Shown here: positions 47,347 through 64,000 of the stretch, piece by piece
Numbering within the stretch: position 1 is the stretch's first letter
Layout of the letters: the number at the start of each line of letters is the position of its first letter
From: Chrysomallon squamiferum
Taxonomy: Eukaryota > Animalia > Mollusca
NCBI GenBank assembly: GCA_012295275.1
Contig: CM022677.1
Location: 20,150,001-20,214,000, forward strand
Reading direction: 5' to 3'
Length of the DNA: 64,000 nucleotides
Translations under genes and position numbers: made by a program
Notes under the pieces: model-generated
Database searches by the model: none
What the model was told of the DNA's origin: nothing
The model's input: only the letters and a program-made list of their open reading frames with translations

Positions 47347-48657
47347 TAATGAGAAATAAATAAAAATAATTAAAAAAAAGAACATTTAAAAAAATAAAGT
47401 CTTTTAAATATCAGATTAAAAAAGTAATTTCTGATTAAAATATCTTTTTTTGAAAAGTGCGTTATTTATCAGTTAACCATTTACCTTTGCAGAAGTCGAT
47501 CACGTGACACAACTGATACAGTTCGAAGTGTAGGACGGTCCCGAAGAAAACAAAAACTGATGTCGCTTACAACCTACGAAACGAATCCAACATCAGTATT
47601 AATTTTATCTAAGTTACCAATCAATGTAAAGGCGTTTTAGTTTTCAAAGAAGCGTTTATCTTGTGCATCGCTTCCCTATTTCGCGTCAAATTTGTTATCA
47701 TTATATATTCAAAAATCAGCAGCAAAGTTCCGTGTATTTTTCTATATTTAAAACTAGATGAACGATGCATGGGCTAGATAGATCATTGCACTTTTAAACT
47801 CACCTTTTCCACTGAGTCCCGACTGCACCGGCGAAAACTGGACACAGGTCAGTACGATTAATGTTTATTACCATGCGGCAGACACGCAGGTTTTGCAAAT
47901 TTACGAGTATACCAAATTTAGAATGTGTAGATGTTTGTTTGTTTTTGTTTTTTTGTTTTTTTATAAATATATATTATTTAAAAATACCGGACTTGGTAAT
48001 GCTTAGAACTACTTAATTTGTTTAAATTATATTGGTAAATTTGTAGACAAGGCAGGATTTAACGCGATCATTTAAAAGAAGAATGTAAACAAAGAAAGAA
48101 ACAAACAAACAAGCCTAAGTTATATTTTTAAGCATAAATTTCTGTCGATATTGAAGAAATAAAGTCTGTAAAGAATTCCATAATTTAGGGCCTTACTATA
48201 ACTTAAGTTGCCACTTTGGTAAGTATGTTCTTGGCTAATTGTAGTAAATAGCTATTACCTTTCCAGTCTGTATAAAAACAAAGTAAGAGAAAATAATAAT
48301 AAAGATGCATAATAAAATAAGACGAAAAAACACATAAACAGAACACAAACATCAAAAATTAAAGGTAACGATTAATTATTAATTTTTGAAAAATCGGATT
48401 TCAATTATAGAGTAGTAATAAAATTAGTATAATGTCATAAACTAGATAACCTTGCTTGGTACTCACGCGTTCATTCACCTAGTCAAACTGGACGTCATTT
48501 TATTTTATTACGTCATATGTTTTGGCGTAAAATGTATTTCCGCTCTTTCGGAAATCATTGTAAACATTCGTAAAATGATGATATTAATGTAAGGAATAAA
48601 TGCTAACTTCAGTTTTGATTATTATTATCAAATTGTAATAGTAAACAGTCTGAAATA

Positions 48658-48689
<32 letters not shown>

Positions 48690-50236
48690 ACTCTGGTATA
48701 GACGTAAACACACACATACGCGTACACAAATAGCTACTACATTCAGGACCTCTCCACGTTCACTGATTAAAAAATAGAACTCTTTCTAAACTACTGTTTC
48801 TTTTTGTTTTCGGTTTGACATTTGTGGAAGATTGTATACTTGTTCCAATACTAGTCTATGCATTTCATCAAGACAATGATCCATTATATTCAGACTGAGT
48901 AGGCTCAGTTCACGAGGGCTTTCTGACTGGTTATCCGAATGTCGTTAAATCTGTTACTTAAATATCACTTTTCATTTGTATTCGTGATGTAAGGTAAATT
49001 TTACTTTCATTATTATGTACAAGATTTCTAAGTGATATTTAAACTTTATAGTTTCATTATTACGTTCAAGGTTTCTAAGTGAAATTTAAACTTTTTAGTT
49101 TCATTATTACCTCAAGGTTTCTAAGTGAAATTTAAACTTTTTGGTTTCATTTTTACGTTCGTTTCTAAGTGAAATTTAAACTTTTTAGTTTCATTATTAT
49201 GTTCAAGGTTTCTAAGTGAAATTTAAACTTTTTAGTTTCATTATTATGTTCAAGGTTTCTAAGTGAAATGTAAACTTAAGTTTGATTACGTGGGTGTAAA
49301 AAGGAATTAAATGCAATTTATAAACTTTAATTTCATTATTAGGATCAGGGATTTTGAATAAAATTTAAAATTTATCTATGCGCGGGTTGGTAAACGAATT
49401 TTAGTTTCATTATTTCCGAAATGATTACTTAGTGAAATTTAAAAATCAGTTTCGTGTTATTTTCATTATTATTATAAAGGTTATTCAAAGAAATTTAATT
49501 TTTAGGTTCATTAATATGTGCAGGATTATCTGAACTAAATTAAAATTTTGGTTTCATTAATATGTCCATGATTTCTGAAATAAATTTAAATTTTATTTTT
49601 TATTACGGGCTGGGTTCTGAATTAAATTTAAACTTTAGTTTCATTTCTACATATATGAGTACAGAACTATATCTAAACTTTAAATGTACAGAGACATTAA
49701 AAGTGATTCATTTATTTGAAATGAATTATACTGATATGTAAAAGATTTAATACGCACAGATTTTAAGCTTTAGTTTCCTTAGTATGTACAGATTATAAAC
49801 TTTAGTTTCGTTAGTATGTACAAGTTCAATGAACGCATTTTAAACTTTAGTTTCGTATGTACAGGTTTAATGAAAGAATTTTAAACTTTAGTTTCGTTAG
49901 CATGTACAGGTTCAATGAAAGAGTTTTAAACTTTAGTTTCGTTAGTATGTACAGGTTCAATGAAAGAGTTTTAAACTTTAGTTTCGTTAGTATGTATAGG
50001 TTCGATGAAAGAGTTTTAAACTTTAGTTTCGTTAGTATGTACAGGTTCAATGAAAGAATTTTAAACTTCTCTATCATTAGTATGTACAGGTTTAATGAAA
50101 TAATTTTAAACTTTAGTTTCGTTAGTATGTACAGGTACAATGAAAGAGTTTTAAACTTTAGTTTCGTTAGTATGTACAGGTTCAATGAAAGAATTTTAAA
50201 CTTTAGTTTCGTATGTACAGGTTTAATGAAATAATT

Positions 50237-53065
<2,829 letters not shown>

Positions 53066-54080
53066 GATTAACCGGTTAATTCAGTCTGAAGTGCAAAATA
53101 GTGAATAAAAATGAATGTTTTGTTTTTAAAAATTTAAATTTTTTTTTTCTTTACCTCATGTTCTGGAGTTTGGAATATTTAGATTGAATGAATGAATAAT
53201 ATTTCATACTTTATGTTCCGGATTTGAAATATTCAGAGTGAATGAATGAATAGAATTTCATACTTTATGTTCCGGAGTTTGAAATATTCAGAGTGAATGA
53301 ATGAATAGAATTTCATACTTTATTTTCTGGAAGATAACGCTATGCGAACAATTACGACATAACGCGATGTTTACAGATGGCGTTGTCTAGTGATGACTAC
53401 AGAATAACATGATTGTTAAGATTTTGATATGTGTAGAAGAATTTTTGATTTTATCACATTTACTTTGTAAAATAATATAAATAAAAGTAATAATAAATTA
53501 GACAGCTATATTAAAAAAACAGAAACATTAATTTTTTTTTTTTTTTTTTAAATGCATCAGGATAGCTGAAGAAAGTGAAAACACTTATTTCCATTGTGAA
53601 CAATTACGGAATAACATATTTTTTTTTTATAGATGGCGCTATCTACTGATGATATCGAACAGTTACGGAATAAAACGATTTTTATAGATGGGGCTATCAC
53701 TTGATGAACAATTACGGAATAAACCGATTTTTATAGATGGCGCTATCTATTGATGATACGAAATAACTAATGCATAAACATTTTATGATATTTGTTGGTG
53801 ATAACGATCAACTATAGATAACTATAGATGGTTCTGTCGAACAATAACTGTATAATATGTCGCTGTCTGTTGGTAGCACATTGTAATGGAATTTTTACAG
53901 CTGGAAGATTTTGGCCAGCTTTCGAAATGCGTTACACCAGACATGCATAGAAATTATGCAGTTGCTGAATTAGACAGCTAATCCCTATATAAATATTTTG
54001 CAATACTTAATTAACAAGATCAGTACTAGCACGTAACGAATATTCTGTCCAAATGGCATACAATAATTAAATTTAGTTTA

Positions 54081-54120
<40 letters not shown>

Positions 54121-54579
54121 TTAACAATAATAATGAGAAATAAATAAAAATAATTAAAAAAAAAGAACATTTAAAAAAATAAAGTCTTTTAAATATCAGA
54201 TTAAAAAAGTAATTTCTGATTAAAATATCTTTTTTTGAAAAGTGCGTTATTTATCAGTTAACCATTTACGTTTGCAGAAGTCGATCACGTGACACAACTG
54301 ATACAGTTCGAAGTGTAGGACGGTCCCGAAGAAAACAAAAACTGATGTCGCTTACAACCTACGAAACGAATCCATCAATATTAATTTTATCTAAGTTACC
54401 AATCAATGTAAAGGCGTTTTAGTTTTCAAAGAAGCGTTTATCTTGTGCATCGCTTCCCTATTTCGCGTCAAATTTGTTATCATTATATATTCAAAAATCA
54501 GCAACAAAGTTCCGTGTATTTTTCTGTATTTAAAACTAGATGAACGATGCATGGGCTAGATAGATCATTGCACTTTTAA

Positions 54580-54940
54580 ACTCACCATTTCAGGTCCTCT
54601 TCGCATAAAAAGAGAACAAAAATATTTTTTTTTTTTTTTTTTTTTTTTTAGTGTTGTTGTATTTTGATATATTACGTCATCACTTCAAAGAACTGGCGTT
54701 ACATATTTGGGGCCGTTCTTATAGTATATTATGTATATGTGCGTGTCTGTGTGAGTGCGTGTGTGTGTGAGTACGTGCGGACAGATTTCAGATTCTGACA
54801 GTCAATAAAGAAAGGAAAACAACACTATATATATATATATAGTGTTGTTTTCGGTATCACATTATATATACTAAAAACAACATGAACCAATGACACGTAC
54901 GTATCACGTGATATAAGACACTATTTACTTCCGCCGTTTT
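54580..54940 (-). promoter_or_regulatory. Putative first exon and promoter of gene E (single copy)
   Basis: Donor GTGAGT at 54585-54580, ATTACGTCATCA at 54671-54682, TATA-like TATAAG at ~54723-54718, plus E-box CACGTG and CTTCCG further upstream. Confidence 0.45.
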
Positions 54941-55590
54941 TGTATAAATCTATTACGATTCTTTTGTGTTACAGGATGATCCGACGTGTTTGTGTGTGCG
55001 CGTGCATTTATGTTTTTGTGTTGGTTTATATGTGTATATATGTGCTTATAACAATCATAATATAATAATAAGTTATAATAATAATAATAATAACAATATT
55101 AATAATAACAACCACAATAATGATAAAAAAATTAATAATAATAATAATAATAACAATAATAGTAATGATGATGATAGTTTTAGTAGTAATAAATAATAAT
55201 GGTTGTAATGATGATAATAATAATTATAATAACAACAGTAACATTGTTACTCTTTTTCTAAGTCAAAAACAACAGACAAAACAAACTCATTTTGATGTAC
55301 GCATTGTATATTTGTGTATTTCAATGAGATAAAGACAACATGAAAATAAATGATGGTAAACACTTTCCAGTTTTAAAAATGTTTAATGATAATACAAGAA
55401 TCTACAACTAAATACACACACCAATTTTATTATTTTCATCTTCCATTTATTTTGAATTCCACCGATTCAAATAAATATATAAAATAATTTGTACTCTTTT
55501 CAGAAACATGAACATTTGTGTTCAAAGACCTTTTGGCAATTCATATGAGATCATAATTTAAATTTGAATTAAACTCGTATATCGTATATG

Positions 55591-55621
<31 letters not shown>

Positions 55622-55833
55622 ATTATGCATTACTGAATTGGAATATTTTGTTCACCTTTCATTTATTTTGTTTGTGATTTCCAAACCATTTTCTGTTTCT
55701 CTTTGTTAATTATTTATAAATATATTTTATTATTATTTTAAAACGTTTCAAAATACAGTTCATTTGTGTCTAGTAAATGAAATAAAAAAGAAAAGGAAAT
55801 ACACACACAATGTACACACATACACTTTCTCAG

Positions 55834-55867
<34 letters not shown>

Positions 55868-56617
55868 TGTCTCACTCTCTCTCTCTCCACATACAAGTGT
55901 GCTGTTTCGGAAAACTTTCTGAAAATCAGTTTTAACCACCAAAAATCAAATACTGAAATGTACTCTTTACTTAAACATGTGTTTTTAATCAACACTGAAT
56001 GACATGAAATCAAACTGTACCTGATTTGTTTTTTTTTTTCTTTCTTATTTTCTCTGGCAAATGGTTAATTTACTTTCCCAAGAAAAGTTTTTAAAGTTAC
56101 AGAAATACGCTTATTCCATCCCAAGCCTGTTGAAATAATGATTTAAAATATGAGAAAATGGTGTTACACAAAGTCAATATTAGATCAACAGGATTTTTAG
56201 TTTTTGTTTGAATTTCTAAAAAAAACAAATGTTTATAACAAATTCCGAATCTTCCTGAAATTTACAGAAATACGCTTACGCCATTTCGCACATGTTGAAA
56301 TAACAATTTTAATACTGAAGATAATGTCACACAGTCTGATTATTCGGTAAACATGATTTTAGGAAATTCCAAGTTTTGTAATAATTTAAATGTAACAGAC
56401 AGAGTCACGCAATTTTCATATCAGGTTAACAGGAATTTTTTCTTCCTTGAAAATTCTAAGAATTTTTGTGAGAAATTCCAAGTTTTATTGAAATTACAGA
56501 AATATCAACACTCCATCAAAAATGCGTCTACTGATTCAAACGGAGAAAACATCATCACACAATTATCATATATCAGACCGTAACTGCATTTTATTTTGTT
56601 TTGAAATTCTAAGAACT

Positions 56618-56830
56618 TTTGTAAGAAATTCCAAATCTTCCTGAAATTTCCTGAAATATACCATCGTTCCTTCTTGTGGATAATTGATTTAAACAAAAAA
56701 ACGAGGGTGTCGCAGAATTTCACATTTGTAAGAAATTCCAAATCTTCCTGAAATTTCCTGAAATATACCATCGTTCCTTCTTGTGGATAATTGATTTAAA
56801 CAAAAAAACGAGGGTGTCGCAGAATTTCAC
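56618..56830. repeat. 107-bp tandem duplication in the NUP155 3' UTR, with older diverged copies towards ~56080
   Basis: gtaagaaattccaaatcttcctgaaatttcctgaaatatacc...gtcgcagaatttcac starts at 56621 and 56728. Confidence 0.92.
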
Positions 56831-56832
56831 GT

Positions 56833-57255
56833 TTAATAAACATCGCTGCCGACGTGCTCCAACTTGGCCTGCAGCTCTTTGTAACACTGAACGAGTTTTT
56901 TGACGTTGTGGTTGGTGGCGCTCATAGCCTGCAACTCCACCAAGTAACTGGACACAGCATCCAGACATCTCATTGCAAATTTTCTCCTTAAAAATTAAAA
57001 TAAAATAAATTTATAAAAAATTAAATGAAAATAAATGTTTCCTGAAATAGACAAAGAAAAAAAAAAAAAAAAAAAAAAAAAGAAAAGAAAAATGAAAATA
57101 AAAAAAATAAGGACAATATAAAGCAAAACAAAACTAATTCACCCCCCCTCCCCCCAAAATTTTTTTTTTAGAAAATAACAAAAATTATAAAACACAGTCA
57201 TACAAGTATGGGGTAAATTAATTTTAAAAACAAATCAAAAAGTAAATTTTAAAAA

Positions 57256-57298
<43 letters not shown>

Positions 57299-58913
57299 AA
57301 AAGAAAAAAAACATGAAAACAAGGAAAATTAAACACAAATAATCATTCAAGAATACTAAAATAATTTACCAAAAAAAACCCCAAAAAAATAAAAATAAAA
57401 TAAAATTCAACTTCAGTCAAATTTCGTGGGTAAACTAATATTTAACTTCAGTATTAGTGCGGTCATGGACACTTTCAAGTTTACTAAGTTTTAGTCAACT
57501 AAGATTTAGTGAAGAGTCCATTTCTGCAGGGAGTTGTTCTTTAGTCAGTGTGCACGTTTTAGAGGTTTTACTGTGTGTAGAAAATGAGTTTTTACCTCTG
57601 AGTGATGAGTTTAGGCTCCTCAGCGACGTGAGAGAGAAACCCGTGCAGAACTGTGAGCAGGTGTAGAGGTTTGCGCAGTAACTGCCAGTTAGGATCCTCA
57701 AAGATAATAATAACAACAATAATAATAACAATAACAACAACAGTAGTAGTAGTAGTAATAATAATAACAATAATAATAACAATAACAACAACAACAGTAG
57801 TAGTAGTAATAATAATAACAATAATAATAGTAATAAGGGTAATAATAATAACAACAATAATAATAATAGTAACAATAACAATAATAATAATAATAATAAT
57901 AATAACAACAATAATAGTAATAATAATAATAATAGTAATAATAATAATAGTAATAGTAATAATAATAGTAATAATAATAACAGTAGCAGTAATAATAATA
58001 ATAATAATGATGATGGTGATGATAATGGCAATAATAAAATAATAATAATAATAATAATAAGAAGAAGAAGAAGAAGAAAGAGAGATGGATGTATTAATAG
58101 TAACAGATAAATAGACAGCTACACAATGAGATTGATAGACGCAGTAACAAACTAACATGCTTACCTTTGATTCAAACATTGTGTTGTATATTAGACAGAT
58201 TGAGATAGATACAGTAACAACATTTTGTCGTGTATTAAATAGACAAAGACAGACAGACACACAGACAAAAGTAGTACAAGGTAAGCTGCCTACCTTTGAT
58301 TTAAACATTGTGTTGTATATTAGACAGATTGAGATAGATACAGTAACAACATTTTGTCGTGTATTAAATAGACAAAGACAGACAGACACACAGACAAAAG
58401 TAGTACAAGGTAAGCTGCCTACCTTTGATTCAAACATTGTGTTGTATATTAGACAGATTGAGATAGATACAGTAACAACATTTTGTCGTGTATTAAACAG
58501 ACGAAGACAGACAGAAGTAGTAACAAGATATGCTGCCTACCTTTGATTTAAACATTTTGTGACAGGTTATACACACAGACAGACAGACAGACAGACACTC
58601 ACAGAAACAAGACAAGCTGCCTACCTTTGATTTAAACATTCTGTCGTATATTTCCAGCAGTTGTTCAGCATGGACTCCTACTTCCAGGAGGACCTGGAAA
58701 ACCCAGTTAGGATCAAAATCCAGGACACAGCTCCTCTGTTCCAAATACTTGACAATGAACGCTGAAAACAAAATAACAAATTATTTATTTTATTACTTTA
58801 TGAATGTGTGTGTGTGTGTGTGTGTGAAAATTAACATTCTTTTCTTGTAGTTGAAAATAAATAAATAATAATAAAAATTACTACTACTACTACTAAATTA
58901 ATAAATAACAAAG

Positions 58914-58957
<44 letters not shown>

Positions 58958-59781
58958 AGACCAAATGAGAAAGAAAAAAGTTCTGCTTTGTCTCTAGAAA
59001 ATTCTTCTTATTATTAAACACCATTTAAATATATTTTTTTAAATAGTAACACTAATAATAATAATAATAATAGTAGTAAAAAAAAAAAGTAAGAATGAGA
59101 AATGTCCTACGTTGCTAGGAAACACAAGAAAACACTCACGAACTGGAAAGTATCTCTCATTGTTTGCATACTGCTTGGCGACGTCCACTAGTCGGTCACT
59201 TAGAATGGTCAGCTGGGTCTGTGGACTGGACTTGGCAACTGAACATATCTCTGCAGACGTAACAAAACATTTGTATCAGAGTTTTATAATCACAAAACAT
59301 TTATGTCTGAGTTTTATAATCACAAAACATTTGTATCAGAGTTTTATAATCACAAAACATTTGTATCAGAGTTTTATAATCACAAAACATTTATGTCCGA
59401 GTTTTATAATCACAAAACATTTGTATCAGAGTTATATAATCACAAAACATTTGTATCAGAGTTTTATAATCACAAAACATTTATGTCCGAGTTTTATAAT
59501 CACAAAACATTTGTATCAGTTTTAAAATCACAAAACATTTTGATCAGTTTTATAATCACAAAACATTTGTATCAGAGTTTTATAATCACAAAACATTTCT
59601 ATCAGTTTTATAATCACAAAACATTTCTATCAGAGTTTTATAATCACAAAACATTTCTATCAGTTTTATAATCACAAAATTTCCCTGAAAAACAGTTCTG
59701 ACACTGAGACAACTGTAAACAATATTTTATTTTCAAAAGTATGTTAAAATTTATTATTATTATCATTACTATTATTGTTAC

Positions 59782-59813
<32 letters not shown>

Positions 59814-60334
59814 CTACTACCATTATTATTAATATTATTACTACTATTATTATTATTACTATTGATATCTATTATCATTATTACTATTACTATTATTATT
59901 ATTATTATTACTATTATTATTACTAACTGCCAGATATAGCAACTATTGTAAAACTATCATGTATCAAAAAAAAAAGCCTGTTATTTAAAATACTTAAATA
60001 TCTTATATATATATATATATAAATATACACACAGAAACACACACATATATACACACATTAATAATAATAATAAAAAGAAATACAACCCACAACAGGACAC
60101 ATATTTTTGTTGTTGTATTTTTGAAGAGAGGACACTCTATTCACCTTTGTCTATTATAGCTTTCCACAGCTTTTCAATCAGCGAGCTGTCACAGAGACCA
60201 GCACAGTGGACGATGGCCAGCTGACATGCAGGCAGGTCAAACTTGTCAGCAAACTCTTCATACAGCTGAAAACAAACAAAAAAATGACCGTTTTTCTCTA
60301 TAATTATAAACAGGGTAGATCCATTGTACTGAAG

Positions 60335-60391
<57 letters not shown>

Positions 60392-63339
60392 CATACTCAG
60401 AGATGTCATAAATCCAGCTACATCAGGAATAACTCTATAACAGTAATCCTGTGAAGGTGAGAATGCCGAAGGCAACGAGCCTCTGCCGAGTCGCATTTAC
60501 CATTCTAATGTTTCTAAACGTAAGATATTTCATTTTATAAACCGTATCTCTTGGATCTGGTTGTGGAACTGGGAGACTTTAACACTAATGTGAACTTAGA
60601 GGACATTTTACAACCATTCATTCTTATCTGCAGTAGGTAAGAAAACCCTTCGGTTTGTTTGGACAGAGACCGCCACATCTCTGAAACCAAACTTAATACA
60701 GGCACGATTGTGGTTGTCCAAACCAAGCTTCAGGATATCTGAAGCAAGCTAAAATGTGACTTGAGACTTGTTTTGTTGGTGGTGGGTCACGTATTTAAGA
60801 CAGCTACTCACTGTCATGATGTCGACAAGCTCAGAGTTCAGTCTGCTCAACGCTTCGTCAATGTCGTGAGTCCTCGACATCTTCATCATCGCCTGTCTCA
60901 CCTGCAACTGCAGCTGAGCAACCTGCAACGACAACAACGCAGCAAACGTGAGTGATAAATTACTGTAAACATTACACCAAATAATAACGTATTGGTATTG
61001 AAACACAGAATACATAAACATTACAACACAAAATATATCAACATTACAACACAGAATACATCAATATCACAACATAAAATGCATTAACATTACAACATAA
61101 AATACATCAACATTACAACACAAGATTCTACAGAAACAACAGCCTTCCCCAATGAAAATTAAAAATTATAAAATAAAAAAAAGATGAAAAGGTAAAAATC
61201 ATATCACACAAATATATATATAAAAAAAGAAGAAAAATAAGTAATCAGAATACTCTCTCTCCCTCTCCTCTCACCTCCATTTTCTCCTCCAGCTCATGAA
61301 GAAATTCTCCGTCAGTGTTGGAGCTGATTCCTGACGTTGTACACCTCGCGCAGACAATCGCCCTCGACAGATACTCAACTCTTTTGTCCAGTGGAACATC
61401 CAAGCTGTAAAAACATGAGTTGAATATTTAACACTCAGATATTTAAAAAAAAAAAAAAAAAACATTTATAAATGTTTATAAACACACATTCGCATATTTT
61501 TGTAAAAACATGAGTCAAATATCACTCAAATATTTAAAAAAAACTATTTATAAATGTTTACACACACACACACATTCACATATTTCTGTAAAAACATGAG
61601 TCAAATATCACTAAGGTATTTAAAATGTATAAAAAAAAACCATTTAGATATGTTTATACACGCACACTCATATTTTTTGTAAAAACTAAAATTTAAATTA
61701 TTTATTTACTAAGATTTGTTGTAACAAAATCTTTAAACATCTTTAATAAAATACAAAAAAATCTTTAAACATCTCTAAAAAAAAAACAAAAAAAAACACA
61801 CACAAAAATAAAATACAAAAAGAATAACATCTAACAAAACTAACAAATCTTTAAACTTCTTTAATAAAAAGAAAAAAATCTTTAAACATCTCTAAAAAAT
61901 AAAAAACATACACATAACAATTGTTTTTTTTCAAAATTATAACATCTAACAAAACTAACCAGATCTTTAAACATCTTTAATAAAAAAAAAATCTTTGATC
62001 ATCCCTAAAACAAAAAAATAAAACACATAAATTTTTTTTTTTTTTTTTTTTTGAAATTATAACATCTAACAAAACTAACAAAATCTTTAAACTTCTTTAA
62101 TAAAAAAAAAAAAACAATCTTTAAATATCTGTGAAAAAATTTAAATTCTTTAAACATCTCTCAAAAAAATTTAAAAATAAAAACTTACCCGTATCTGTCA
62201 GCCAGGCTAGAGAGAATCTTCGCAGCTGCTGGAAAGTTTTCTATCTTTTCGTAATGTTTCCACAGCATGTCGAGCACGTCAACGTTGTCGGCCTTCATCA
62301 ACGCCTTCCTCTTCAGATACGCCTCAATGTAGGGCGTTTCCAGCTGTGAAGTAGTGAATTTAATGTTTTTATTCAAGTGTATCTGTGAAGTAGTGAGTTT
62401 AATGTTTTTATTCAAGTGTATCTGTGAAGTAGTGAGTTTAATGAAATGTTTTTATTCAAGTGTATCTGTGAAGTAGTGAGTTTAATGTTTTTATTCAAGT
62501 GTATCTGTGAAGTAGTGAGTTTAATGTTTTTATTCAAGTGTATCTGTGAAGTAGTGAGTTTAATGTTTTTATTCAAGTGTATCTGTGAAGTAGTGAGTTT
62601 AATGTTTTTATTCAAGTGTATCTGTGAAGTAGTGAGTTTAATGTTTTTATTCAAGTGTATTTGTGAAGTAGTGAGTTTAATGAAATGTTTTTTTTTTTTT
62701 AAGTGTATCTGTGAAGTAGTGTGTTTAATGAAAAGTTTTTTTTTAAGTGTAGATTTTTAAATATTTGTATGTAGGGTGTTTCCAGTTGTGAAGTAGTGAG
62801 TTTAATGAAATGTTTTTTTTAAGTGTATTTGTGAAGTAGTTTGTTTAATGAAAAGTTTTTTTAAGTGTATTTGTGAAGTAGTGAGTTTAATGAAATGTTC
62901 TTTTTAAGTGTAAAATGTTTATATTTTTACTTAGGGTTATTCTAGCTGTCAACTAGTTTGTTTAGTGAAATGTTTGGAAACATTTTGTAAGTTTTCAACT
63001 TTAAAGACACATTTTTTGTAAGTGTAAAAAAATTGGCTAAAATCATGAAGTTCAATATGTAGAATTTCCTTATTAGATTTTGTGTTAAAATAATGTACAT
63101 TATAAAACACTTTTATATTAGACTCTTTGTTAAAATAAAATAGAAATACTCCTATAAATAAAAGCGAGGAGCAATACGATACTCTATGTAATAGACATTA
63201 GCTTCAAAAAAATCAATAAAAAACAATTGTTTACCTCTAGAATTTTCTGCAGTTTGCTTGTAGCAAACAGCCAGTCATAGAGAGCAGAATGAAACAAAGG
63301 ATCGTCTGACTTCAACCCCAGATCCAGCATCTTGTTTTT
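56833..63339 (-). CDS. NUP155: Nuclear pore complex protein Nup155, last nine coding exons (5' part lies right of the window)
   Basis: Exons: 63339-63235 (KNKMLDLGLKSDDPLFHSALYDWL), 62343-62189 (LETPYIEAYL...DMLWKHYEK...AAAKILSSLAD), 61404-61275 (KRVEYLSRAI...DGEFLHELEEKME), 60922-60812 (VAQLQLQV...LNSELVDIMT), 60265-60145 (LYEEFADKFDLPACQLAIVHCAG), 59250-59140 (...ERYFPV), 58761-58625 (FIVKYLEQ...IYDRMFKSK), 57696-57596 (DPNWQLLRKPLHLL), 56986-56833 (RKFAMRCLDAVSSYLVELQAM...LQAKLE...*). Phases are consistent and the peptides match the vertebrate Nup155 C-terminus as recalled. Confidence 0.96.
58160..58645. repeat. Tandem repeat (129/129/118/84-bp units) containing copies of a NUP155 exon end and its splice donor
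   Basis: Minus-strand ATGTTT[AG]AATCAAAG|GTA[GA]GC ends at 58625, 58541, 58423, 58294 and 58165. Confidence 0.92.
59261..59680. repeat. 30-bp tandem minisatellite, ~14 copies, abutting a NUP155 acceptor
   Basis: Unit cacaaaacatttgtatcagagttttataat. Confidence 0.95.
62344..62900. repeat. 39-bp tandem minisatellite containing copies of a NUP155 splice acceptor
   Basis: Unit ctgtgaagtagtgagtttaatgtttttattcaagtgtat; on the minus strand most units read CTCACTACTTCACAG, like the real acceptor ending at 62344. Confidence 0.93.
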
Positions 63340-63967
63340 CTGAAACAAAAACACACTCATTTCAAAATCTCAGGAGAAGAGGCTCAAATCTCACGAACCT
63401 TCTGAAAATATTTAATTTTTCTGTAATTAAAAAAAAAAAAAAAAAAAGCATGTATTTCAAAATCTCAGTGGATTAGATTCGTGAATTAGTTGAAAATAAT
63501 TCTGAACAAAACATCATCAGACGTCAGTCTTAATGTTTTAATTATTTGTTTTTTTCTTCTGGTCAACAAGCAATAATACGAGACTCGTGAAATAGGTAAG
63601 AACATTTTCAAGGTGTCTGAGGTCAATATCAGTCTTATTTATGTTTTTTTCTGTAATAAAAAGTCACAGATTTCAAAAACCACGATAGATAAGATTCATT
63701 AGAGAACAGCCAGAAATTTTATTGGTTCCAATTATACTTTAATGGCAGTGATTAAAAAAAAAAACCCAAAAAACTGAAATTTTGTTCAGAAATGTCAGTA
63801 ATAACTATTCCTTTATGAAAAAAAAAAAAAAAAATTCTTCTATTACAAAAAAATAATTCATACAATTGTAATTGTTAACAAAAAAAAAAATTCTTTAATT
63901 AAAAACAACTCTTCTATAATAAATCCAAAATAAATAACACTTCCACTGGTAAAAAATAACTCTTTAA

Positions 63968-64000
<33 letters not shown>

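Overview
AT-rich, microsatellite-dense animal DNA (inferred invertebrate, plausibly a mollusc). All genes I can support are on the minus strand. Right end: the last nine coding exons of NUP155 (56833-63339). Middle (22.0-54.7 kb): a tandem cluster of five spliced genes for single-pass receptors (called A-E here). Each has a signal peptide, LRRNT, about 14-15 LRRs, an atypical LRRCT, a Thr-rich mucin stalk, a TM helix and a short TIR-less tail. The ORF track shows only the ectodomain exons; I reconstructed the TM and cytoplasmic exons by hand, and all splice phases match. The tails share G[EQ][TA]NV[GA]F and four end in class I PDZ-binding motifs (ATRL, ETKV, QTKV, QTKV). C, D and E sit in a ~6.7-kb triplication. 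Their differences concentrate on the concave LRR face and the LRRCT loop, their stalks differ in repeat number (7/1/4 units), and the breakpoint puts a copy of gene B's upstream region in front of C and D. Gene A carries a 1-nt frameshift. Left (1-18.2 kb): the 5' part of a CARD + coiled-coil gene (DLG5/ZO-1/CARMA-type MAGUK by inference) with several candidate alternative first exons. All coordinates and translations are by eye; no database searches were run.
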